From positions 1 through 62,280 of the forward strand of contig CALXRR010000001.1 of the NCBI GenBank assembly GCA_944390905.1: 62,280 nucleotides of DNA, written 5' to 3'. Under the pieces are notes generated by a model. The model was not told the DNA's origin, ran no database searches, and was given only the letters and a program-made list of their open reading frames with translations. Below are positions 1-7,472 of the stretch, one piece after another (the first letter of the stretch is position 1; each line of letters opens with the position of its first letter). The stretch comes from an uncultured Alphaproteobacteria bacterium. Lineage in GTDB: Bacteria > Pseudomonadota > Alphaproteobacteria > RF32 > CAG-239. Position numbers and translations under genes: made by a program.

Positions 1-530
1 GTAAAGTCAGCGGCAAAACTCTGCTCGGCGTGGTTATCTACTCTAACGGCGCCTCCGGCGGCGGCTGGGTAATGACGGTTAAGCCGGTTAAGACCGATAT
101 TGCATGGGGTGGATATGGAACAAATATTTCAAGTTTGCCAGACTATACAAGTTGGAGTACCGCAGCCAAAGACTTTGATAGCTGTGGTAATACCGATAAA
201 ATAAGGGCCCAAGGTAATAGTTCAAAATATCCGGCGGCATGGGCAGCTTATAATTACCAGCCGTCAGGCACACCAACGGGCAAACGTTGGTGTCTGCCTG
301 CGGCTGGCGTAATTAATAGTTTGTACAATAATTTGTCCACTATTAATACTGCTATTAGTAAAGCAGGAGGTACTAAATTAGTAAATGATAATGAACACAT
401 TTGGTCGTCGTCTGAGTACTCTAATAACCACGCGTGGTACTTCTGTACTAATTACACGGGCGGCTTGCGCGACTACGGTAAGTACGGCTACGACCACACC
501 ACCGTTGTTCGCCCGGTGCTCGCTTTCTAG
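1..530 (+). CDS. Secreted DUF1566 (Lcl C-terminal, C-type-lectin-like) family protein, paralog 1; 5' end lies outside the window
   Basis: The frame is open from nt 3 (KVSGKTLLGVVIY...), upstream of the GTG used by the ORF track. It aligns with the C-terminal half of the 16247-17200 product (LLGVVIY, KYPAAW, W-C-LP, WSSSEYS, VRPV-AF-stop). DUF1566 is assigned from remembered family motifs (W.LP...L, WSS, VR.V). Confidence 0.8.
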   Translation, partial: KVSGKTLLGVVIYSNGASGGGWVMTVKPVKTDIAWGGYGTNISSLPDYTSWSTAAKDFDSCGNTDKIRAQGNSSKYPAAWAAYNYQPSGTPTGKRWCLPAAGVINSLYNNLSTINTAISKAGGTKLVNDNEHIWSSSEYSNNHAWYFCTNYTGGLRDYGKYGYDHTTVVRPVLAF

Positions 531-878
531 GCAAATTTTCTCCCCCTGTTGCATAGGGCTGGAGAATAGCCAACAATCCAGTGAATTGTTGGCTGATGAC
601 AGCGAAGACTTGTTGACTTGTAAGAAAGCGATAGCTAACCGAAACAAGTCTTACAAGTCGAGTGACCGAAGCGAAGTTGTTAAACCCACGGCGCAACTTA
701 TGAAGCTAGAAGTTAGAGGGAGTGAGATAATTCACAGTAGATTCTTTTATATCTCACCCACCCCATCCCTCCCTATACAACAGGGAGGGAGCTAAAGGAG
801 CCTCTGTCTAACAAGAGCAAAGATGTAAGCATCGCGAATAATTAAAAAAAGAAAGTAGTAACAACTAAATTAGGGGGG

Positions 879-895
879 CAAGCTGCCCCAGCTTG
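879..895. repeat. H-type hairpin (7-bp stem, 3-nt loop), variant caagctg-ccc-cagcttg, abutting the SD of the 908 gene
   Basis: Perfect inverted repeat read directly. It has the same architecture as the hairpins at 16097, 18063, 18361 and 61973. An overlapping alternative hairpin is ggggca-agc-tgcccc (875-889). Confidence 0.6.
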
Positions 896-907
896 AGGAG
901 AAATGAG

Positions 908-1699
908 ATGAATAAGAAATATTTATTATCCAGTGTAACGGCAGGCATCGCCCTCCTTTATGCTAATCAAGGAATGGCGCAATGTGTGAGCACACAAGAC
1001 TGCGCAACTTTGGGTTATACCGAAACCTCTTGTCCAAATGGAAATGGTGTCAAGTGTCCCTTCGGCAACAAGTGGTTCTGTGGGCGAAGCGATGAACAAT
1101 GTATGGAGTTAGCTTGTGATGAGCTGGGCTTTAAATATGATTGTGTCGGAACTAATATAGCAGGCGGGGAAGGAACTGAGTGCAATGGCAAATATGTGGC
1201 TTGTAAATGCGCTTCAGGGTACGGATGGCAAGATAGCTCTTGTCAAGAAATAGTGATGAATGGTCCTGATGGTGAAGTTTATCGATGCAATGGTTCTGTA
1301 TTGGGAGTAAAAACTGCCGATATGGACTTTTATGTTGCAATGTATGATTCTGGAAAAGTAGAGTATGATGATATTGGAAATACTACATATAGCTTCTGTG
1401 CAGATACACCCGGAGTTATTCCAACAAAAGAACAACTGCTGACAATTTATAAAAATCATGAAAGAATAAATGAATTACTATCACAATATGGTGGAGATAC
1501 ATTTGATGATGAATATTACTGGTCAAATACTTGGGCATATGAAAATTGTGTAGATTCTGTATATGATGAGGAGTGGGGATATTCATGTGTAGTGGCCGTG
1601 CAGGGTTATTATGTGGTTAATTTATTGAATGGCAATACTTCTGAATATGACGAGTATTATGCTTATTTTAAGGTACGCAGGATATTAACTAAGTTTTAG
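908..1699 (+). CDS. Secreted Cys-rich + divergent DUF1566-like protein, paralog 2
   Basis: ATG 908 is preceded by GAGGAG (895-900); the ORF-track TTG at 893 is less likely. A signal peptide is followed by AQCVSTQDCATLGYTETSCPNGNGVKCPFGNKWFC, shared with the 16247-17200 product. The C-terminal half has IPTKEQL and YYWSNT motifs. Confidence 0.8.
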   Translation: MNKKYLLSSVTAGIALLYANQGMAQCVSTQDCATLGYTETSCPNGNGVKCPFGNKWFCGRSDEQCMELACDELGFKYDCVGTNIAGGEGTECNGKYVACKCASGYGWQDSSCQEIVMNGPDGEVYRCNGSVLGVKTADMDFYVAMYDSGKVEYDDIGNTTYSFCADTPGVIPTKEQLLTIYKNHERINELLSQYGGDTFDDEYYWSNTWAYENCVDSVYDEEWGYSCVVAVQGYYVVNLLNGNTSEYDEYYAYFKVRRILTKF

Positions 1700-1818
1700 G
1701 TTTAATGAAGATTTGGGAAAAATAAATATGTTTGTAACTTATGTTTACAAAAGTTTTATTGAATCTTAAGTTTTTGGCCTTAAAATTTGGGTATTGTTGA
1801 CAGTAAAGCGAGATAAAA

Positions 1819-2943
1819 ATGAAAATCGCAAAGTTTATTATGCCCTTGGTGTTAGCCGCCGGTACAGCTAGCGCCTCTGAGACCATTCTTGATGTGGCCG
1901 GCGGAGCGCGGATGCTTTATGGATATTCGGACGTGGCGACGCGATATGAGCCCCTAAACCAAAACAACCATTATCCGGCAAGCGGTTTTTTATATTTATC
2001 CGCAGAACAGGATTTTGATAACGGCTACAGCGCCGCGCTGTATTTGGACCTTATGGCTGCTTCAGACAAAGAAATTCAGAATTTTAATAACGGTAGCTGG
2101 GGCAAAGAAATTTATGCCTCAATATCAGCGCCGTGGGGGCAATGGGTGATTGGTGAAACCTTTAATGCAGCGGTGCAGTTGGCGGTCGGAGCCCCCAGCG
2201 CAGAGCCGCTCGGGGTAAATAACTCCGATATTGTGGATTTTATCAGCAACCCAAACTGGTACCGCCGGAACTCGACTTATACAAGTTTCAAAACCTTGAA
2301 TTCAACCAATATTAATACTGACGGCGTAGCGCCAAAAATATCTTATTATACTCCGGAGTTCTATGGGACAACCGTGGGCGTAACTTATACTCCGGATACT
2401 GACAACCGGCGTGGCTTGGTAAACCGATTTGCCAAATATGCTCGCGATGATGCTTATGTGTTGGCGGCAGTAAATGAGACCGACCTTGGCTTTGCTAACT
2501 TGGCAACCTCTGTGGGGTATGGAATTTACCATAAAAATGATAAAGAGTTTAGCGCCGGTATGGCTTTGCAACGCGGAAACTGGACCGTGGGCGGAAGTTA
2601 TCGCAAGACTTATGTGGACGGCAGCGATTATGCAATTACAACCAACAGCAATGACCCCAAAGCGCCAGATTTGTTTGACAACTACCGCGAAGGCGAGGCT
2701 TGGAACTTGGGAATCGGGTATCGTTTTGGGCCGTTGCAGACGTCGTTGACCTATTTTGAGGCTAAGGCGGAAAATACCGACAACCAAGACAAGATTTTAA
2801 TGCTGGCGAATGAGTTTCAGCTCAACAAATATGTTAATATTTATGCCGCGGCAGCAAAAGTTGATTTTCGCGGCGAAAATGATGATATACGCAACAACAA
2901 TAAAGGTTATGCCTTTGTGGCCGGCGTGGGAGTTGATTTCTGA
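1819..2943 (+). CDS. Outer-membrane porin (general Gram-negative porin family)
   Basis: Signal peptide MKIAKFIMPLVLAAGTASA. Alternating G/Y/N/D-rich beta-strand pattern. C-terminal ...GVGVDF with terminal Phe. Confidence 0.75.
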   Translation: MKIAKFIMPLVLAAGTASASETILDVAGGARMLYGYSDVATRYEPLNQNNHYPASGFLYLSAEQDFDNGYSAALYLDLMAASDKEIQNFNNGSWGKEIYASISAPWGQWVIGETFNAAVQLAVGAPSAEPLGVNNSDIVDFISNPNWYRRNSTYTSFKTLNSTNINTDGVAPKISYYTPEFYGTTVGVTYTPDTDNRRGLVNRFAKYARDDAYVLAAVNETDLGFANLATSVGYGIYHKNDKEFSAGMALQRGNWTVGGSYRKTYVDGSDYAITTNSNDPKAPDLFDNYREGEAWNLGIGYRFGPLQTSLTYFEAKAENTDNQDKILMLANEFQLNKYVNIYAAAAKVDFRGENDDIRNNNKGYAFVAGVGVDF

Positions 2944-3563
2944 TGTCTAATATCTTATTGCTATCTGAAAACAAGCTGTTGGCTGATGATTTGGCCGAGC
3001 AAATCAAACTGGCAGAGCCGGAGTTTGATATATTTGGCGAAGATGACAAGACCGTGCATTTTGATATTATTATTGTTGATGAAGATACCGCCGCACTAAA
3101 AACCGCTTTGCAGCAAAAAGTGCCGGTGTTCTTTTTGACATCAGAAGATGAAGATGAGGTGCGCTTGCCGGCTAACCATATTTTCAGCAAGCCTTTTCAT
3201 CTGTGTGCTTTAATTGATGATTTGCGCGGCTGTATTAATCGTTTTGAAAACAGCAGCGATGGTTTTTTGCGCTTTAATTGCTATGAGCTCCGCCCGATAA
3301 GCAAGGAAATTATTAACCTTAACAACGGCAAAATTATTAAACTGACGGAAAAAGAAGTGGCGGTAATTAAGTACCTTTACAAAACCAAAGACCATATTGT
3401 GTCAAAAAACGAGTTGTTGCAAGAAGTGTGGGGATATAGCCCCGAGGTGTCAACCCATACGATTGAAACGCATATCTACCGCCTGCGCCAAAAGGTTGAA
3501 CAAGGTGATGAGGAATCGCTCCTGATTTTGACCGAAGAAGGCGGGTATAAGCTTAAAATCTAA
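2943..3563 (+). CDS. OmpR/PhoB-type winged-helix response regulator with atypical receiver domain
   Basis: The C-terminus (LTEKEVAVIKYL...VWGY...THTIETHIYRLRQKV...GGYKL) matches the trans_reg_C pattern. The receiver keeps D (IIIVDED), T (FLTS) and K (SKPF) but lacks the N-terminal acidic pair. The start overlaps the porin stop (TGATG). Confidence 0.75.
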   Translation: MSNILLLSENKLLADDLAEQIKLAEPEFDIFGEDDKTVHFDIIIVDEDTAALKTALQQKVPVFFLTSEDEDEVRLPANHIFSKPFHLCALIDDLRGCINRFENSSDGFLRFNCYELRPISKEIINLNNGKIIKLTEKEVAVIKYLYKTKDHIVSKNELLQEVWGYSPEVSTHTIETHIYRLRQKVEQGDEESLLILTEEGGYKLKI

Positions 3564-4359
3564 AATCAGCCATAACCGGAACATGGTCGGAGGGGCGATC
3601 CCAGGCACGTGCCTCAGTCACGATTTGGTAAGCTTGGAGGTTGTCTTTGAGTGCCGGTGTGACCCAGATGTGGTCTAAGCGGCGGCCTTTGTTGTTGGTC
3701 TGCCAATTGGGGTTGCGGTAGCTCCACCAGCTATAAAGTTTTTCCGGCTCGGGGTGAAACTCTCTGGCGATATCAATAAAATCAAGTGATTTACGCAGGC
3801 GCGACAGGCGCTCAACCTCTATGGGCGTATGGGACACTATTTTGAGCAGTTGTTTGTGGTTCCAGACGTCATTTTCACACGGGGCAACGTTGAAATCTCC
3901 GCAGATGATTTTCTTTTGTCCGGCATAGTCGCTACGATGGTTTTCCCAGTATTCGGCAATGTCATCCATAAAGGTTAGTTTATGCGCAAAGGAAAGGTTG
4001 GCTATCGGGTCGGGGATATCACCGCCGGCAGGGATATAAATGTTATCAAGCTCAATATTATTCGGCAAAAAGACGCTGATATGGCGGGCGTCTTCCTTGC
4101 CGACCCAATTATGCTTGCATTTGCCGCAGAAGGCTTGCTTGCTCAAAATCGCAACACCGTTATAGCCGGCTTGGGAGTAAAGCGCAATATGCGGGTAACC
4201 CAGCGACTTTACCTCGTCAAAAGGAAAATCCTCCGGCTTGGCTTTGACCTCTTGCAAGCAAATAATATCCGGATGATATTGCTCAACAAATTTGCGGAGA
4301 AGCTCAAGGCGAATGCGGATGGAATTGACATTCCAAGTGGCAAGGCGGATATTAGCCAT
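3553..4359 (-). CDS. xthA: Exodeoxyribonuclease III
   Basis: N-terminus ATWNVNSIRIR, CLQEVK, and C-terminal SDHVPV, typical of the ExoIII/APE family. Confidence 0.9.
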   Translation of the reverse strand: MANIRLATWNVNSIRIRLELLRKFVEQYHPDIICLQEVKAKPEDFPFDEVKSLGYPHIALYSQAGYNGVAILSKQAFCGKCKHNWVGKEDARHISVFLPNNIELDNIYIPAGGDIPDPIANLSFAHKLTFMDDIAEYWENHRSDYAGQKKIICGDFNVAPCENDVWNHKQLLKIVSHTPIEVERLSRLRKSLDFIDIAREFHPEPEKLYSWWSYRNPNWQTNNKGRRLDHIWVTPALKDNLQAYQIVTEARAWDRPSDHVPVMADFRF

Positions 4360-4362
4360 AAG

Positions 4363-4977
4363 TTACCCCCTCTTACGGTTGAAAGATTTTTTGTTGTCTT
4401 TTTCCTTGAACTTGAACAGCGACGAATCCAGCGGAATATCTTGCTCATAATTATAAAGCGAGACGCTGATTTCGGTGCCTTGTTGGTCAACCAACTTCCA
4501 CTGTTTGAGCTCAAACGGAGAATTGTTAAAAATTAAGGTTATCGGGCTGGTTTCGCCTTTGATATTATATTCTAAAACCGCCTCGGTAGTACCGGCGTCT
4601 TTATAAAAATCAACCAGTTTGATGTTGTGGCCATCGATTTTAATATCATTGGCCAAGATGAGGCTGGCCGGTACGTCATCATAATCAATATGGGTTACTT
4701 GGTCGAGCTCTTTATCATTATAAACAATAAAATTGCCATCGCCGACGATGGTAACATCAACCGGAGCGGCGTATTCCATGCGAATCTTATTGGGCTTGGC
4801 AATGTATAATTCCCCCTCTGATGTGTTGGCATTGCTGGCTATCTGCACAAAAGAGGCCTTAAGCGTCTTGATGTTGTTGAGGTAATTTTCAATCTTGGCG
4901 ATGTCTTCGGCTTTTTGGGCAAACGCTTGTGGCACAAACATTAGTAATGCGGCAATAAATGTAAATATTTTATACAT
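4363..4977 (-). CDS. lolA: Outer-membrane lipoprotein carrier protein LolA
   Basis: Signal peptide MYKIFTFIAALLMFVPQAFA, LKASFVQ motif, size about 200 aa. I chose the ATG at 4977 (AGAGG 9-13 nt upstream) rather than ORF-track 5019. Confidence 0.8.
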   Translation of the reverse strand: MYKIFTFIAALLMFVPQAFAQKAEDIAKIENYLNNIKTLKASFVQIASNANTSEGELYIAKPNKIRMEYAAPVDVTIVGDGNFIVYNDKELDQVTHIDYDDVPASLILANDIKIDGHNIKLVDFYKDAGTTEAVLEYNIKGETSPITLIFNNSPFELKQWKLVDQQGTEISVSLYNYEQDIPLDSSLFKFKEKDNKKSFNRKRG

Positions 4978-5054
4978 GGAAACACCTCTTGTTGGTTTTG
5001 ATGTATTCAATATAATCATTTTTTTGATGATGTAAAAGCAAAAATGTAAATCAC

Positions 5055-5092
5055 CAAAAAAAGAAGCTCCGAAAGGGAGATATCGGAGCTTC
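5055..5092 (-). terminator. Rho-independent terminator downstream of the methyltransferase transcription unit
   Basis: An 11-bp perfect stem, agaagctccga / tcggagcttct (5062-5072 / 5082-5092), followed on the minus strand by a T-run (A-run 5055-5062 on plus). Confidence 0.75.
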
Positions 5093-5326
5093 TGTTTACT
5101 TAATAATACGTGAAGATAAATTGTAGAAATAAAGTTTTTTTAGTCCTCAGAAAACGCTAGGAGTCTCGTTTTCGGCTTGTTAAAATACACCCGAATCCCA
5201 TGCGGATCCTCGTGTGTAGATTTATAATGCTGTGGTGTACTTACAACTTGCAGGATTAATTTAATCGTGGATTTGGACTTTACAAGAGGGGGTAGACTTT
5301 TTGATAGGTCAAGATAACTCAAATAT

Positions 5327-5340
5327 TTTAAATACAGTGT
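5327..5340 (+). repeat. 14-mer TTTAAATACAGTGT, copy 1 (supplies the last codons and stop of the methyltransferase)
   Basis: Exact match to the five other copies. On the minus strand it reads aaa cac tgt att taa = K H C I stop. Confidence 0.9.
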
Positions 5341-6284
5341 TTCATTTCTGCATTGCGGGATTTAAATACACCGTTCTCGTAGCCTTGGATGCTTTTGTCG
5401 GCTTCGGCAAGCTCTAACCGGCGCTCGGCTAAGGCAACGTATTCTTTCTCGCGCTCAATACCGATATAATGGCGGCCGAGTTTTTTGGCCACAACCGATG
5501 TGGTGCCAGAACCTAAAAACGGGTCAAAGACAACATCGCCCTCATTGCTGGAGGCTAAGATTAATTTGGCGACAAGTTTTTCAGGCTTTTGCGTGGGGTG
5601 GGAGGTGTTCTCCGGCATGGACCAGAAAGGAATGGAGATATCTGTCCAGATGTTAGACGGGTAAGTCAGGCGAACCTTGCTATCACCTTGGTCTTGCCAA
5701 TCTTTGGGAGCGCCGGTGTCATCTCGATAAGGCGCTACAACCGGCCGCAAAACCTTAACCGCATCAAGGTTGAAGGTATAATCTGCCGATTTGGTAAAAA
5801 ACCATATGTCTTCAAGGCAGTTCTTCCAGTTGTTTTGGGCGCCCCTGCCCTTTTCTCGCTCCCAAGAAATGCGGTTTTGCAGAATGAAATATTTGCCGGC
5901 GATCTCCGGAATTGAGATTGAGGTCTTCCAGTCGGAGCAGATATAAATGCTGCCGGTGGGTTTTAAGATACGGGGCAGCTTTTTGAGCCATTTATCAAGC
6001 CAGTCTTTATATTCAGCAAAATCTCGCTCCTTAAAAACACTTTTGCCAAAGACTTTGGTTAAATTATACGGTGGGTCTATCACCATTAAGTCAACACATT
6101 CATCCGGCAGGTAATCCAGCGTCTTAAGAGTATCTTGGTGAATGGTTTTATCAAGCACATAATCCAATGATGATTTAAAATTCAGCTTGATGGCGCGCTT
6201 GGCATAGGCCGAGGTTTCCCTTGGCGAAAGTTCAATGGTTTTATTGCGCGGCGCTTTGGTCATCTGTGGACTATTCTTCACCAA
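5328..6284 (-). CDS. Site-specific DNA methyltransferase, beta-class N6-adenine/N4-cytosine (N6_N4_Mtase type), no adjacent restriction gene
   Basis: DPPYN motif IV precedes FDPFLGSGTT motif I (circularly permuted beta order). Alternative start at 6263 (MTKAPRNK) would remove the 14-nt overlap with the upstream HPr gene. Confidence 0.85.
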   Translation of the reverse strand: MVKNSPQMTKAPRNKTIELSPRETSAYAKRAIKLNFKSSLDYVLDKTIHQDTLKTLDYLPDECVDLMVIDPPYNLTKVFGKSVFKERDFAEYKDWLDKWLKKLPRILKPTGSIYICSDWKTSISIPEIAGKYFILQNRISWEREKGRGAQNNWKNCLEDIWFFTKSADYTFNLDAVKVLRPVVAPYRDDTGAPKDWQDQGDSKVRLTYPSNIWTDISIPFWSMPENTSHPTQKPEKLVAKLILASSNEGDVVFDPFLGSGTTSVVAKKLGRHYIGIEREKEYVALAERRLELAEADKSIQGYENGVFKSRNAEMKHCI

Positions 6285-6552
6285 ATTTACTGTTGACTAG
6301 CAGGGTTAAGGCATCAATGGCGGCTTGCGCCTCAGGGCCGGAAGCATTGACCTTGATGGTTGTACCTTTGGCGGCGGCAAGCATCATCAGCCCCATAATG
6401 GACTGACCGCTGACTTTTTGACCGATACGCTCAACCGTAACATCGGCCTTAATATCTTCAATAGCTTTAACAAAGGCTGCCGCGGCACGGGCGTGGAGCC
6501 CTTTTTTGTTTTGAATCTCAAGTTCAACACTAATAATATTGTCTGAGGGCAT
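6271..6552 (-). CDS. ptsH: HPr-family phosphocarrier protein (HPr/NPr)
   Basis: 93 aa. GLHARAAA active-site His region. SIMGLMML motif. Confidence 0.85.
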   Translation of the reverse strand: MPSDNIISVELEIQNKKGLHARAAAAFVKAIEDIKADVTVERIGQKVSGQSIMGLMMLAAAKGTTIKVNASGPEAQAAIDALTLLVNSKFGEE

Positions 6553-6554
6553 CT

Positions 6555-6953
6555 TTAGGCTCCCAAAAGTTTGGAGGCTACATTAATATATTTTTTGCCG
6601 GCTTCCTGTGCGCCTTCGACAGCTTCTTTTAAGCTTTTGTCTTTGCGCAGAGAGGCCAGTTTAATCAGCATCGGAAGATTTATGCCGGCGATAATCTCGA
6701 CCTTGGCTTTATCCATAATGGAGATAGCCAAATTAGATGGGGTGCCGCCAAACATATCAGTCAAGACAATAGCGCCGCTACCGTTGTCTACTTCACTGAC
6801 TTTGTTTAATATCTCGCTACGGCGCATTTCCATATCATCTTCAGGACCGATGCAGACCGCTTTGACTTGGTCTTGCGGGCCGACAACGTGCTGCATAGCT
6901 GAGATGAACTCTTCGGCCAAGCGGCCATGAGTTACTAAAACCAAACCTATCAT
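6555..6953 (-). CDS. PTS EIIA component, mannose/fructose family (regulatory PTS of alphaproteobacteria)
   Basis: MIGLVLVTHG N-terminus with active-site His, LTDMFGGTP motif, 132 aa. Sits directly upstream of the HPr gene. Confidence 0.85.
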   Translation of the reverse strand: MIGLVLVTHGRLAEEFISAMQHVVGPQDQVKAVCIGPEDDMEMRRSEILNKVSEVDNGSGAIVLTDMFGGTPSNLAISIMDKAKVEIIAGINLPMLIKLASLRKDKSLKEAVEGAQEAGKKYINVASKLLGA

Positions 6954-6970
6954 TATTTACAGACCTTTCG

Positions 6971-7390
6971 TTATTTTTTGATTCCGCTGCTCCAGATTTT
7001 GACGGCGCCAAAGCTCTTAATCAGCTCTTCACGGCTCTTGGCTTTGACAATCTCATCAGCGCGGGTGCGGCGGCCGTTGATGACAATCTCTTCAACATTG
7101 TCAACCGGAACACCATAAGTGCGGTTAACCATTTTGCCCTCAAGCTCGACTATCAGCACAAACTCTGCCTCAGCCAACGGGCCTTTGGTTTCTTCGTGGA
7201 TATCCTCCAGCAAAACCGACAAACGGTCATCTCGGCGGAGTAATGCCGTCTTTTTGCCGTCATATTCCAAAACAGGATCCTTCGGGGCTCCGTCGCGGGC
7301 ATCTATAAAAATAGCCAGCTCGCCGTACTTGTTCTCAATAATCTCATAAAAATCCTGTTTTTCAATCAATGTGTAATACTGGTTTTCCAT
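6971..7390 (-). CDS. Hypothetical protein (139 aa), first gene of the EIIA(Man)-HPr unit
   Basis: Clean ORF, 17 nt upstream of the EIIA gene on the same strand. No motif I recognise. Confidence 0.6.
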   Translation of the reverse strand: MENQYYTLIEKQDFYEIIENKYGELAIFIDARDGAPKDPVLEYDGKKTALLRRDDRLSVLLEDIHEETKGPLAEAEFVLIVELEGKMVNRTYGVPVDNVEEIVINGRRTRADEIVKAKSREELIKSFGAVKIWSSGIKK

Positions 7391-7472
7391 ATTATGTGAC
7401 CTTTTTATATTGAACGCAAATTTGTTATATGTTATATCATATTTGATAATAAGTCAATTTTGAGTTAATAAA

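Noticed and set aside
385-795. ORFs 385-795 (+), 378-647 (-), 448-696 (-) and 61966-62226 (-).
   Set aside because: These are alternative frames of the conserved DUF1566 3' region and its repeat-rich flank. The shared peptide ...TFGRRLST... simply reflects the 22-nt identity between paralogs.
5140-5322. 60-codon ORF downstream of the methyltransferase as a real gene (a restriction or controller remnant).
   Set aside because: It has no SD or recognisable motif. It may simply be 3' UTR before the terminator at 5055-5092. I left it unannotated but mention it under the methyltransferase finding.
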